From Hamiltosporidium tvaerminnensis FI-OER-3-3 (Eukaryota; Fungi; Microsporidia): 64,000 nt of DNA. The notes under the pieces are model-generated. The model had not been told where the DNA came from and did no database searches. It saw nothing but the letters and a program-made list of their open reading frames with translations. This document shows positions 24,421 through 38,100 of this stretch, in pieces; positions within the stretch are counted from its first letter, which is position 1, and the number at the start of each line of letters is the position of its first letter. The stretch spans positions 248,001 through 312,000 of the forward strand of contig CM061252.1 in NCBI GenBank assembly GCA_022605425.2, read 5' to 3'. Position numbers and translations under genes: made by a program.

Positions 24421-27400
24421 AGAGACACCTACCTAAGCATTGTTTGTCGACTGCTTCAGTCTACTCGCTAATATCATACTTACGTCTTCCTGTCCCGATT
24501 CTTCGAGATCATGACCAGCTAAAACCACGAAAACCTACAAACAATGATATTTCAGAAGAAAACCGGCTGATATTACATTCAATACTTGACTATGTCCCAG
24601 CCGCAAAGCAGGAATAGTCCCATTTGGGGTTATATAGGTATATAAAGGACTTGAGAGGATGCGCAGAAATATTTGGTCTGTAATTTCGAGCTATTATAAT
24701 GAGAAAGTAGGTTGCACATTGGAGATCGATGTCTTTAAAAAAGTAACACAAAAGGAGGCAGAAAAGGAAATGAAGCAAGAAGAGAATGGTGAGAAACTTA
24801 TAATCTATATATCTGACTGAAACATCTTCCCTGACTGGCACAGGACTCTATATTAACTTAGAAAAGAAGTGTTTGTATAGAATCAAGGAATTCTTAGAGA
24901 TAGAAATCAGTGATTTAGTAAGCTAAACTTAAAAACACTCATGTAAATTATTGGATAGTAAATTATAGACCTTATTGATCGAATCATGGGTGAATATGCT
25001 GAATGCTATGTGCCTGTGACTATTACTTTTGTAGAATGAATCATTTAGGCGACCCAGACATGAATGACTAAGTGAAACGCTCGGAAAACCCCAGATTTTA
25101 TTGTGAAGAAAACAAGAAAGTTTAATTCATAACCTAGTATTTTACAGTGATTTTATCGAAAAGGCAAGTGGGTAGAAAAGACTCTCTACTTCAGAAGCGG
25201 AAAGACTTTTAGAAAATCATAAGAAGATTTATTTAAACTTCAGCAGTTTAACTGATATTATTGAGGTTTAGTCTGAAAAAATGAAGCTTAAATGCCTACG
25301 GAAAAAAACTAAGATGTATGAAAGTAGAAGCAATTCTGAAAGTTAATCATAGGTTTGATTTATATGGAGACCCATTCCATCGTGAGTTATTCGATACACC
25401 GAATCCAGGCATATAGTCAATTTTATCGAAATTTCTAAATTTAAATCTAAATTGCTAATAAAATTATAATCAAGTTTTGTATGATGTCTTTTTGATGCCT
25501 TTCGTGTAATACTTATCAGTTCATTTTTCTTTCACTATAAAGGTTTTAGATATTATAAATTGGTTTTCATATCGTAAGACTGCTATAATCAATGGTATTT
25601 ACGACTTCTACATCTAGAAATTAAGATGATTTACACATAACTTTATGATATTCAGAAAATCATTTTAAGAAGGAACGCCTCATGCTAAGGAATATAACCA
25701 TCGAGTTACATATATGATACTTAGAGCCAAACTAAAGACTTTTTATGATTACACTCAAATTATCTGTACGTTCAACTTGCGCAAGCTGAAAACATATGTG
25801 TGGCGAGTGTTTTACAGATCGAGGAAAGAAGACAAGATTTACTTTCAGATACTAAGTCCGGAGCAGTTAGAGGAACACAAGGAGCAAATAAGCATGCACT
25901 GCTGTATGTTGCTATGAAAAAACTCATGGAAATCTCTTATAGAAACGTGAATTGCATGCTAGAAAAGCTTATGATCCAATTGATTATGTCTTTTCGACTC
26001 AATGTCTCAAAAAATAGACCTAACTGATTGAATTTAAAATATTTCGAGGTTAAAATGTAAAACTGAAAAATTATATTTTAGTAAAGCTTGAAAAGATCAG
26101 AGACGAAAAGATTGATAGAGAATTTTGCAGAAAGCTAGGCTCATACAATTGATACTTTGTTGTGAATATATTCATTAAGCCAAAAGCCAAATGAAAAAAA
26201 CAGTGGTAACAATATAGTCGAATGAATCCTCACACAGACTAATAATCACTTGTTCGTGGATGCTCTATAAATCTTATCTTGAGATTTACAAACATTAGAA
26301 CGATAACGTAAAATATCAAAAGATTTGTCAAAAACATAATATTTGAGATCAACAAAGAGATATCTTCACCAATAATCTGTGCCACGAAGTAGTGCTACCA
26401 TTCGTATAGAAATAAATGATTACAAATACCTTGGAATGATAGAAGATCCGGGAGACATTTCAACATGTAATTTATTTCCGAAATACAGAATATACAGCAA
26501 CCAAAAGTACAGGGTCTTTGTCGTAAGAAATTAAGCCCAATTAATTTATTTCAAGCCATCAACTAACATGAAATTTCTTTAAAAACCAGCCCTAAGGTAA
26601 GCTTCGACTTAAACTAGCTAACTTCTCTAGATTAGATGATGCACTACTTACTGTGTTAGTAAATTAAAAAATTCATCTGCGGATATCATTAACAAGCGTC
26701 TATACATTCTCCTTAAAAAATTATAAGAGGTTTAGATAGTGTGAATTCAAAAGCTGACATATGTATTTGCAATCCTTGGATTGTTTAGAATAATTTATAG
26801 ATACATCGATTAGAAGAGCAGCGGTCTTTAAGGTCGAAAACAATACCAAAAATCATCTCTAGCAATGGAAATTTCTTTAAAAAAAAATACGAGTTAGAAA
26901 AATATGCCAACAAAAGAAATTGAAAGAAGCTCAACTAATTAACTTGCATAACGAAATCGAAAGCTAAAAACAACATTTAAAATAATTTAAGGCTAGAAAT
27001 AACATGTTGTCCAGGCTACATGACTCCTTAAGATTCTAAAATATGATAGGGTAAGCCAAGTGATAAAGTAATGTTCGCTATATCCGAATAGTAATGTATA
27101 CACAAAAGCAGAAGGTATATCTCAACAACATACACTCATGGAAAAATTGTAGATCATTTAGCAACGAAATGTTTTAAAATGTTTGGCCATGTTTTACTAG
27201 TCAAATAATAATGGGTTACGATGTATACATATACATCTACTCAAGTAATATTATTTAAACTCTAAAGACGAAGTAAGAGCAACTAATTTTAGAAAATTCT
27301 TGGTAAAGAGTATGCAGTAATAAGAGTTCCCCTTAGAATAAAATTAAAGTAGAAATGGAATAATAGACTAAAAACATTTTTTTTAGATAAGGGAAATAAT

Positions 27401-28000
27401 ATGATAAAACTCGTTACAACAAGAAATATTTAGAAGATTCTCTTCAAATAGTTAAAAAAAGGCGCTTAGGCTGTATGAACCTTTAGCAAACAAATTATCT
27501 TATATTTATGAATGAGGTATGGAGATAATTTCTTATGTGATGACATCGAACGGTATCGTAACGAAATAACAGAAACATATGTTACAAGAAAGTAAAAACT
27601 CATGAATATAGAGGCATAAAGTCAATATATACGACTTAAAAAGATAGGCGAAATGATTTCTTTTGATCGAAGAAGAGGGACTGAGTAGGAATGCAAATAC
27701 AGAAGAGAATTACGAAAAAGCGGAATTATGTCGTATTGAAAGAGCTGAAATGCATAAATAACCAACCTCCTTATTGTAGCGTGGGAATAACAGGGAGGAA
27801 GGTGTTGAACAAGCCAATTAAGAAAACATCCTATTCTTTTTTCTTAGATGGCGTAACCACTGTGAATGAAATCGAAATATAATGTAAGTTTTAGGTCAGT
27901 TATGGAAGAAGAGAACGAGGAGATTAAAAAAGTAGAAATTAATATTCAAAGAGATGAAATCTAAATAATTGTAATTTTTTTAATAATATACAGAAATTTT
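24421..28000 (+). mobile_element. Old, heavily mutated near-full-length copy of the R4-clade LINE
   Basis: Collinear similarity to 46460-50097, e.g. 24968 GACCTTATTGATCGAATCATGGGTGAATATGCTGA vs 47034 GACCTTATAAATCGAATTATTGGTGAGTATGCTGA; 26421 TACAAATACCTTGGAATGATAGAAGAT (YKYLG); many stops. Confidence 0.85.
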
Positions 28001-30049
28001 ATTGTTTTTCTTGCCTAAAAAAACACTATCCTTAAGACAAAAATTCCAAGGGGAAAGGTAATTTGGCAATTATATTGACAGATACAGCGTTCTGGATAAA
28101 ATATGCCCTCAAGCCATAATTATGAGATCCTTAGTTAGGAAAACATGGTATTTTTATACTTGATTGTATTACGAATTTTTAATATAGATTAATAGGAAGT
28201 TTTGCGAAGAATGAATAAGCAGATACATCTTTACTGTATAAAACTTTCGTACTAATAAATGTTGCGCCAAAGAAAATAATCGGAATAAAATTACCTTTTT
28301 ATCGAACAGAATGGGTCCAAAATTGGGCTAAGGCACCAAAGACAGTCAAATATAACAGAAGAAGAAAATATGCTGATAAAAGAACTCGAAATTTTATTTG
28401 GAATGTCCAAAGACGACTAAAACTATGAGTAAAATGGTGTAAAAATATATATCAAAAACAGACTAGTTAAGAATATAAAAGCTAAATGTAAATAGGAAAC
28501 AAAATTCTCTAGAGCTTGAATTTATTGAAGTAAATCTACATAGCTTTTTTTGACAGAAAGTAGGTTTCTGACCAGGAATTATAAATCTAGTTATATTTAA
28601 AATTCAAACAAAATTATTTTGAATTTGGTTTTTCCTATTTCATAGAACAAATAAAAAAAAATTATAACCTACAAATGAATCAACGTATAAGACATGCGTT
28701 ATATAAATAGGTTAAGTTATAAAACAGTGGTATTTTATGTTACCATCTAACCAAGAATAGAACAGTAATGCACATATAAATAAAATAATAGAACTTATAA
28801 ACATGAAAGATTTTAATGTAATTCGACATGCATATGTAGATTCTGACATTAAAAATAACCACAAAACGCAAAATAAAACAAAATAATATCATGTTTAAAG
28901 TAATACTTAAACCGTGATACATCCTTTGCTAAAATTAAATTCTTCGCATTTAAAAATAGGATCTGAAAAAAATTAAATTGTATTGTGGTTATTATTTCTT
29001 TTTTTGGTTGATGACATCATGAAACAAATTATATGGTAATTGTTTACATTTCATACACTAAACCATGCCGCACAACCACTGTAAATATAATACATAAATT
29101 CTAAAAGGTCTAAAACCATTCTGAGAAGAAGCAAAATCATTAAAAACTTAAGTAAAAGATATAACATAAAACATATTCTATGGTTTCATTTTGTGTTCTA
29201 CTTTGCCATAATATTGTTTTCTAGTTAAAAAATATTTAAATGATGCTAGAAGGCAGTCATCATTAACGTATTCCAAAAGACACCCTCTTCAATTAATCAA
29301 AGGTTCCAGAACGAAAGACGTATTTTATTATACTCCGGATTTTCTGTATTATTTCAGCCATTTTGAATTACATAAATTTAATTTAAAGCCTACTTTAAAA
29401 AAAGTAAAATACAGCATATCATTGAATACTTTTTATTTTTTTTAGAATGTATTCGATTAACTTAGGTCTTGTTTTTCTGGTTAAATATAATTAACTAGTC
29501 AAATATCAAGGAATAAAAAGACAAACAAAAATTCATATAAAGCACTGCATGCTACAAAAATTAAATTTATTTTGAGTATGAATCTTTAATTCTAAACTTA
29601 CCATTGACTGTCTTTTAATAGGTTTAAACTTTTATTTATAAAATGTGTTTAAAATCTAATCTAATTTAGCAGCTTTGATCAAATGACCCTTTATTTTATC
29701 ATTATACGATACCTTTTTAATTTTTGTGTGTTGATTCAATTTTTTTATTTTATATGTAATAATTTATGTATAACTATTTCTACCACAATCTTTCAAATAT
29801 GTTTGGAACAATTTTTTTAATTCCACAAATTCATCAGAGTAGAAATCATAGGTACATATATAATAAGATTTTTAAATCGAAAGGTGTCTTTTTTGAGTGT
29901 ATATCTTTCGTTTTTGGGTAATTCAAAATAATTTGTAAGTAAAATTTCGTTAAAGTTATGAAAATTTGTTATAAGAATTCAGGATTTTGTGTAAGGTAAA
30001 GGCATACCTACTTATCAATGATACTACGTTTCATTAAGAACCCTAGCCT

Positions 30050-32050
30050 CACTTATAATAATTTCCACCAGCCAAAATCTCGCATTTCACTTTTTTATTC
30101 ATTTATATCAAGATAGCTGAAATCTTTTAACACACTTCTAGTTATCTAGTTTTGGTGCGAACAGAAATTATTCGAGCTTGAAAACTGAAAATATACTTTC
30201 TTTTCAATGCATAGCATTCTACCATTCTTTAAAGATGAACTAGCTATCTGAGTTTGGTTGTACACATTCTTTACCAATCCTGTATTTGAATATATAGTTG
30301 GAACTCGATTTTGTGATGAATTCCAAACTCTCCTTACTGGTTTCGTATTGATCCGTATTCTCCATATAATCTTTCGTTCCCATATATATACCCAGTATCG
30401 CTTCAAAACGTTCATTCAATATCCATATTTCGCAACCGTATAGCATAGAGGGTCTAAGAATAGTCTTTTATTTTTTTTGCTTTTCAACTTAAAAGTCGGG
30501 ATTTGAGGATTTCTTGTAAGCCAAAATATGTATTATTTCCTGCATTAATTCGCTCTTCTATTTCCTAGACGTTGCCATCTTTATTCGTCAATAGCACTGC
30601 TAGATATTTAAAGGAGACTATACTCTTAAAACGATATACATCTACTTGAAAATAAGGTGGAATATTTTTCTGGTACCTTGAAGTCATCATGTAATTTGTT
30701 ATATTTTTATTAATGTTAAGACTTGGTTTTCGTGTTAGTTCTTCCTGGCTTGCTCGCAACGCTTCAATGGTTTTTGCTAAGATATCAATGTCATTGGCAT
30801 AGCTTAAAAAGTGTAGTTGTCTTTTTTTTTCGGATTTTTTGAGCCATTTCCTACTTTTCTAATAGTAACTTGTATCGCGATATTACAACCATACTTAAAA
30901 GTACAACTCTTGTCTCTAACCACGGCATATTTCGACATTTCGTGAAAGTTTTTCTGCTAAAAATTCCAACTATTTGTTTTTTTTAGAGTCATTCAATTAG
31001 GACCTTACGATTTTCTCGAGAATCTGAAAATTTTATTATGTTTTCTGAAGAAATAGGCGATTTATAATATCATGCTTGTTTATAGTCAATAAAAAGCCAA
31101 TAAATGTGTTGGTTATGCTCTTAGCATTTTTCGAAAGACATTTTATGGTAAATATTTGATCGAATTCCGAGCTTTGTTGCCCAAAACCAGCTTAAAATTT
31201 AAAGAGATTTCTTCTACGCATGATTCCATACGCTTTTCTATTACTATGGAAGCATTTTGTGTATGAATTTGAGGTATATTCCCTTGTAATTTGAGCAGAT
31301 TATTTTGGAGCCTTATTTGTAAATTTGCACAATAAAGACATTATTCCAATCTTCTAGCATTCTTCCTGTTTCCAAAATTTTAGGGTTCGATAAAAAATTT
31401 CTTCCAGCTGCGTCTTTCCTTCATACTTTAGCCCTGAGATTTAAGTGGTTCTCACTGGGTTCTTTCTTGTTTTTTTAGGAGTATTATTAGCTTTATCAAT
31501 TACAAAGAGTAGAGGCTGCGTAACGCCTATGTTGTTTGTAGGTTTCATTGGAATTCTTGAAAAATTGTTTTTTTTGTTCTCATAATTCATCTTCTTGTTT
31601 AAAGCCATTCAAAATATTCGGCATTAATTTCAACCTTTTTAATATCTGTCACTAGCTTCTCATTTACTGCCTGTATTCCAAAGTTCCTGGCCTGAAAGCC
31701 TATTCTTGCTATTTTACTATCTGAAACATTTCGCTTGTATGTTTATTCAATGATAATGCCCCTTTTTTTGTATCTATCCTTATACTTATTTTTATTTTCT
31801 TTTGTACATGTGATGCTTTTGTCTGAGCTATATAAGGTAAATCTGTTCTGTTTAGTTGGTCTCTAAAAGAGTTTATTTCTTGCTCGTTTCATGCATAGAT
31901 TGGTGATTTGTGTTCTTAACTGAATTTACTTTGTATCTGATGATGCACTTTAAAGTCAATTTTCTAAGGTTCTTTTAATAATATATTCTTTAAGCTTTCT
32001 CATGTCTCTTAAATACCCTTTTTTATCGCTATATCTTCCGCCTGTGCCTT
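30050..32050 (-). mobile_element. Decayed RTE-clade (APE-type) LINE, RT region
   Basis: Minus-strand remnants NYKGI, AGF...DQIFTI, FIDYKQA (~31072-31093), LSYANDIDI (30781-30810, YADD-derived), FKYLAVLL, EERINAGN..YFGL, KTILRPSMLYGCEIW. Confidence 0.8.
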
Positions 32051-33429
32051 CAAAAGAATCGATACTTTTCAAGAATATTTTTATTAAATATTTCAATCAC
32101 AATCACAACATTTACACGATTATTATATTTTAACATGTTAAGCATTCAAACAAAGCTTCGGTTGTTTTTAGATGTATTTATACTTCAGTTATATGCTATA
32201 ATTTATACTAAAGTTCTGAATCTTCAAATGAGATTTTATTTGTAAATATAAATAAAACTTTAAAATGTTTGTTATTTACATTGAACTTTTTCAAAAATCC
32301 TTATATATATATTACTAATTCGAAAATAATTTAAAATTATTGGCAGGTTTATAGTTTTTCAAATTTTCTTATAATAGCAAGCAAATATGCAAAAGTCTAA
32401 AAGCGCCAGAAAACCATAATGCCTTAATAGCCAGTTAATTAAAAATACATATAATTTTTGCATATATTAGAGCTGCCAATTTCAATATATTTAAATCTCT
32501 AAAAGAGTTAATGGGCTATGAAAAATATAAAATTTTCTAATTCGTTAAAAAAAAATTCTACGTATTGATTGATAAGTCTTATAAATTTATTCGATAAAAG
32601 TTTAATATAGCAATAGGATGTTTTGATAATTGGCTAAAGTAAGATGAACTGAGTAAGAAAAAACTAGTTCTATTCAAATAATTAGATTTAAAAAAACATA
32701 TTTAAATTATTCCAAAGATATTATGACCAGACTCGAAAATAATTTATTTTATAAATAGTTTCACATATTTAAATTTTCATGTTAAATTCTAAAGTTACTC
32801 CAAGCAAATACAATTTATATGATATTTCAAGCGCAAGGGAAAATAAAATAATATTTAATCGCGGTTATTTAAGAGATTAATTATTGTTTATTTGAAAGTT
32901 TGCCTAAGGTTCTGTTTTTAGAAACTCTTTATGGATCAAAATAATATCTTTTTTACAAAATAATTACCTGACTAAATTTATCAATACAAAAGAAGAGAAA
33001 TCGAAGATTTTATTAGAAAGCAGAATGTCTTCTAGTAAATTTAATTGTGGCTTTTACATGACAGTACTTTATTTTTTCTTCATTATAGACAAATCAACCT
33101 GATAAAGCAGATTTTTATAGATATTGCCTTAACTCTCATTTCATTTTTTAATAATAAATTTAATAATCAGAAGAAAAATGTTGCAAAGTCCCGTTATAAT
33201 AAAATTAAACAAAGAAATGCGATCGTAAGGCCTACTAGATGAGGAACATGGTCAAAATTGTCTCATAATTTTTATATAAAAAAAACTTCTAATAACACAA
33301 TTCTAACACATAAAAGTCAGTATTGCAATTGATTACTCAAAAAAAATGAAATAATCTATTTAGCAATAAATAAGACACAAAATATTTGAGAAATAATAAA
33401 TATTAAAGCTACTTTCGAAATATTTTTAA

Positions 33430-35122
33430 TTAAAAATACTGTTTTCCTAAGCACTTAGTTAGTTTTCGAGCTAATATATCTTTATATTGCGCAGGTACAA
33501 GATTCGGACACAAAACAACCTTTGATATATAGTTCAAGAGAACACTACAGGCTTCTATAAAACCCAGAATGTCTACAAATTGTGGAAATTTCTTTTCGGA
33601 GATCTTAGACTCTAAGTTAGAAATATTTTCTGCTAACCATGTCGAAAAGTACGTATTGACCATACTATTTGCAAAAATATCAACAAAATTTTTATTTGAG
33701 AAAATCTTTTCATAGCAACGAGCGACATCAAAATATAAAGTTCTAATATTATTATTTCTATCATAATTACACGCATTCAAATTTATCTTCATATACTTGG
33801 CAAATTTCAATCTTTGGTGTGGTTGAATTTCTTTTTTATATTCGTACCCCATAATTAGTTCTTTTAATGTTTTCAAACTTTCTTCTGATAATAAAATGAA
33901 AATATCAAATATTATACTAGGCATCTTGGCAGAAGTAAATTCTTCTGAGAAAACTATGTCACAGTTCTGAGCTAAAAAACCAACGCCAGAAACACGAGAA
34001 AAAATATAAAAAAGGTCTTCACTATTATTATTCATTACAAATATTTTTTCAACAAATTCAGATATATAGTTGAAATGAGCATAGATCCGAGCAGATTTGT
34101 TTTCAAACTGTTTAGAAAATTCCAGCTGCATTTCTTCGAAATTTGGATCGATCAGTTCGAAAGGTATTTTATTGTGCTCCATTAGTGCCTGAATTAAACT
34201 TAAACACCACGAAATATAAAAAATATTTTTTTTTTCGAATAAATCCATTTCAATTTTGTCTTCAAGCCAGATCGGAATTATTAAAAATATTGGTTTTAAA
34301 TATATCATTGGATAATTATTTTTTGTATAGAATATTGAATAGGCATAGGATTTGAACGTTTCAAACAAATCTGAAAAATTCTCTATTTCTTCACTTAAAT
34401 TATTAATGGCGTTATTTATACCTTCAGTTATGTTTCGGATTTCATTTGCACACCAACGCATGTTAAAAGTGATTTTGGGCTTCTTTTGGATTATAGGATA
34501 GTAATGCTTGAGTTCTTGAGAGTATGTTCCTTCGTATACAGACTTAATAATATCACATACCTCTTTTGAGTCCACTTCTAACAAACATTTATTGTTTTCA
34601 TTTGTAACTGTATACTTATGAATTTCTTGAATTGTGATTTTGCGTGATTTTTCCTTTCGAACATTGGTATTGTGTTTTTTTGCTTACTGCGGGCTTTTCG
34701 TTTTTCATCTGCTTTTTACTGTGAGTAATTTTTGGTGGAATATACGTATTGGTCCCACTAGGTGGAAAATTTTCATAATACCTTACGTGGTTCATTCTTA
34801 TACTGGCTGGATTTGGATCATAGGGTGGCGCACCCACACAACCAGTTTGAGAAAAAACCATCTGAAAAGGATAATGTGGTGAACCATAGGAAGGATCTTG
34901 ATAACCTTGGGCTCCGTTCGGAATAAACGGATGTACTGGCAAAAACTGTTGATTTAATCCAAAATGTGTAGGAAAAACCCGGGTTTGCTGATTAAAGCCA
35001 TTAAAAGGTGGATATAATGGAGGTATATCACATCTACGCTGCCCCGTGTGCGTAGGGTAAATACCCGAAGACTTTAGAAAATTCCAAAGAAAAATCAATT
35101 GAATATATATGACATACCACAT
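33430..35122 (-). CDS. Putative secreted protein (~563 aa if joined); two ORFs split by a frameshift in an A7 run
   Basis: ACCCCCAAATG start; signal-like MWYVIYIQLIFLWNFLKS; Pro/Gln/Phe-rich N-part; downstream frame is open back to the T7 run at 34675-34681, and removing one base fuses the ORFs. Confidence 0.7.
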
Positions 35123-38100
35123 TTGGGGGTAAAATTTATATTTTTTTAATCAATTTTTTTATGACCTAAAATATTCCAATTTGATATAAATTGAATTTTT
35201 TTTTAATCGATTTTTTTTAAATTCAAATAGCAATTTGAACAAAGCGTCATATAAATTAAATTTGAGTCAGAAAAGTTTAAAATGTACTTAAACAATTTTT
35301 AAAACATAATTTTTTTTGCTAAATAGTCAACATTTTACTGATGCGTTGCACATTTAAATAAAAAAAAATATTTTAATCTAATTTTAAGAACATATCTTTT
35401 TGATAAATGAATAAAAAAACGAAAAAAATTGATTATTTTTTTTCCTAAATTTTTCTTTTTTGGTTTTATTATGAAATTCTAGAATATTGGGAATTAATTT
35501 TTATTGAATATATTAAAACACTTTGGTTTTGATTTATTGTAAGTTGTCTGTTACTTTTTTTTACCGTTTAATCAAGATTGTTTGGATATTTATTCGATTT
35601 TAGCTTTAATAATATAATTTTATGGTTTTTGCTATCAAGATAATTAGAATTAAAAATATATTCTATATTTGAATTAAGAAGAATATAACAGTCTACTCTA
35701 CATCGAAAGCGAAAGAAATTACATCAATTGGCTTGTAACCTATATGAATAGTACCTAAGAAAAGAAAATACATTTAATACTTAAAATAAATGATGATTTA
35801 GTTATCAAGAGCTTTTTTTAATTCACATTTAAGCAAACAAAAGATAAATTTATTTAAATTTTTTTTTTCGATTTTGATTCAATTTGAAAATAAAAATATT
35901 TTTTATTTGATTAATATTTCCATTCTTAGATTTATTAAAAACTGTTAAAAAATATTTTTATTTTCAAATTTTTTCTTTGAATAATCGTTTCAAAAATAAA
36001 ATTTAAAACTAAAACATAAATGGAGATCTTTTAAATGCACCTCAACTAATTATATTCATATAAGCAATAATCAAATATAAATTCCAAGGTTTTAAGCTCC
36101 TGCTTTCAAACATGTTTATTTAACTAAGAATTTGTCTATTTTGCAACATGATTCTTGAGCGAATGTTTTTTTACCTTCTTTCTAGGATACTATTATCATA
36201 AAACATGAGAGAACGACAACTTTCGTTTGAAATTATTATATTTTGTCATTAAATTCTTGTAAATTTGAAAATGATATTCCCAAAGTCACATAGAAAGTAG
36301 ATGCGATAAAAAATTTGATATACGAAAAGTCATAAAATCCGATTTAATTTTTGCTATAATTTAAAATTCTCTGATATGATTTTATTGAGTTTTTATTATA
36401 ATTTTCAAAGAGAAGAAACATAAAGATGTAAATCTTTTTGATGCATGATTCAATAAAATGAACAAATCTCTATGTTCTTTAAGTTATATTTTCACTTATT
36501 ATTGCAATAAATTTAAAATTGAAAAATGAAAACCATAATTTTTTTTTAATTAAATCTCGATAGGGATAATGTATACCTAAAAAGGTTAGTTAGAGACAGA
36601 TTAAAAATTACTAAATTGAAAAAAAATGAAAAAATCATTTATATAAACCAACTATGAATAGAGCTCTTATATTGGATTTTATTTGAAGAAAATTTATTGG
36701 GTGTAACTTCGAAAGCTAGTTGAATGAATATATATTACAAAAATATACATCGATATTCTCGTGGAAAACCATAAATCTAATTTATTATGTGAAAGAGTTC
36801 TGTACTGTATCTAAAGTTTGGGTATGGTCTTTATATTTAAGGTAATATTTTCATGACCTTTATCTTCTGAGATCTCTTTCTTCAATTGTAAAGAAGAATT
36901 TTTAAGCCTATGGTACTACATCCTTACTTTAAATGGTTAGTTGATTTCAGATATATTTTTTTGAATCAAATATATTTAATATTACTAGTGCATCTAGTTC
37001 ATAAATATGTAAAAAAAATGATCTAAATGTAGTTTTCAAAATGTTCTTGAAAAATGCTATTCAAGATAATTTTCTAAATTCATATATTTTAATGATTCTT
37101 TAGATACGTTTTCCTGAATCACTTGTCTTCCAGAAGTAAAATATTTAGAAATTTTTTTGGCTGGTAAAAATATTTTTAAAGGTTGATTATCACAGATGTG
37201 TCTATTTTAAGATTAAACGATTTTTTTTGCAGATTTAATTAAATATTAGAAAACAAAAAAATACTTCTTTAAAACCATATGAGATGCAATTAGTAGCGTT
37301 TTAAAATGTTTTAACTTTTAAAAAATATTGTATAAAAATCATTACATATAAAGTTTTCGAATTAAAAAAGCGAATCTTCTAAAGAGCTAATATTTTTGAT
37401 TATAAATTAATCACAGCCAAGTCATATTTAAAGTGTTTTTTTATCCAAAATTATTATTTTCAACATTTCTAACAACTAGGCCATAGTTTTTATTAAGATT
37501 TGACTTATGAAATAGTAACTTTTAGTAAAAAGAAACATATGTTTCTGCTCTGAATTGGTTTTTTTGCCTGACATGGCTAATCTGTATATCTGATGTATTT
37601 TTATATAAAATAATAAGCAGTATATAGCAAATTTGAAAGTTTTTTGCTAAGAAAAATCCTTGTAGGTATTTTTTTTTCCGATTCGACCTAAATAATGTCT
37701 TATATGTCTGCATAGCTCTTAGAAAAAGACCTTTTTATTACGAATAGAGTCGATGCATTTTTTTTCGTGCCTTTTTATTTTTGATATATATTAAATAAAA
37801 AAAACTTCCGTTAAATCTTAAAATCATCAATATTAGTGTCTTTTTTTTAAATGTATTTGTTTTGTTAATAAAACGCTCAAAACTTTATAGCGAATACAGG
37901 ATTGGTGAACGAAGTCGAAAGAACCAGACTCTATAACGTGAGTCATCTTGAACGAATTTTAGAAATCAAAGTATTGAAAATGGTGTTTAAGTTTAACCAA
38001 TGCTGCTGAATACTTCTTGCGGGCATCAAAATTAGAAGGATAGATGTTCTAAAAAAATATCTTAGTAACCTTGGTATAGAAGAATAGAAATGGAAGGCGC

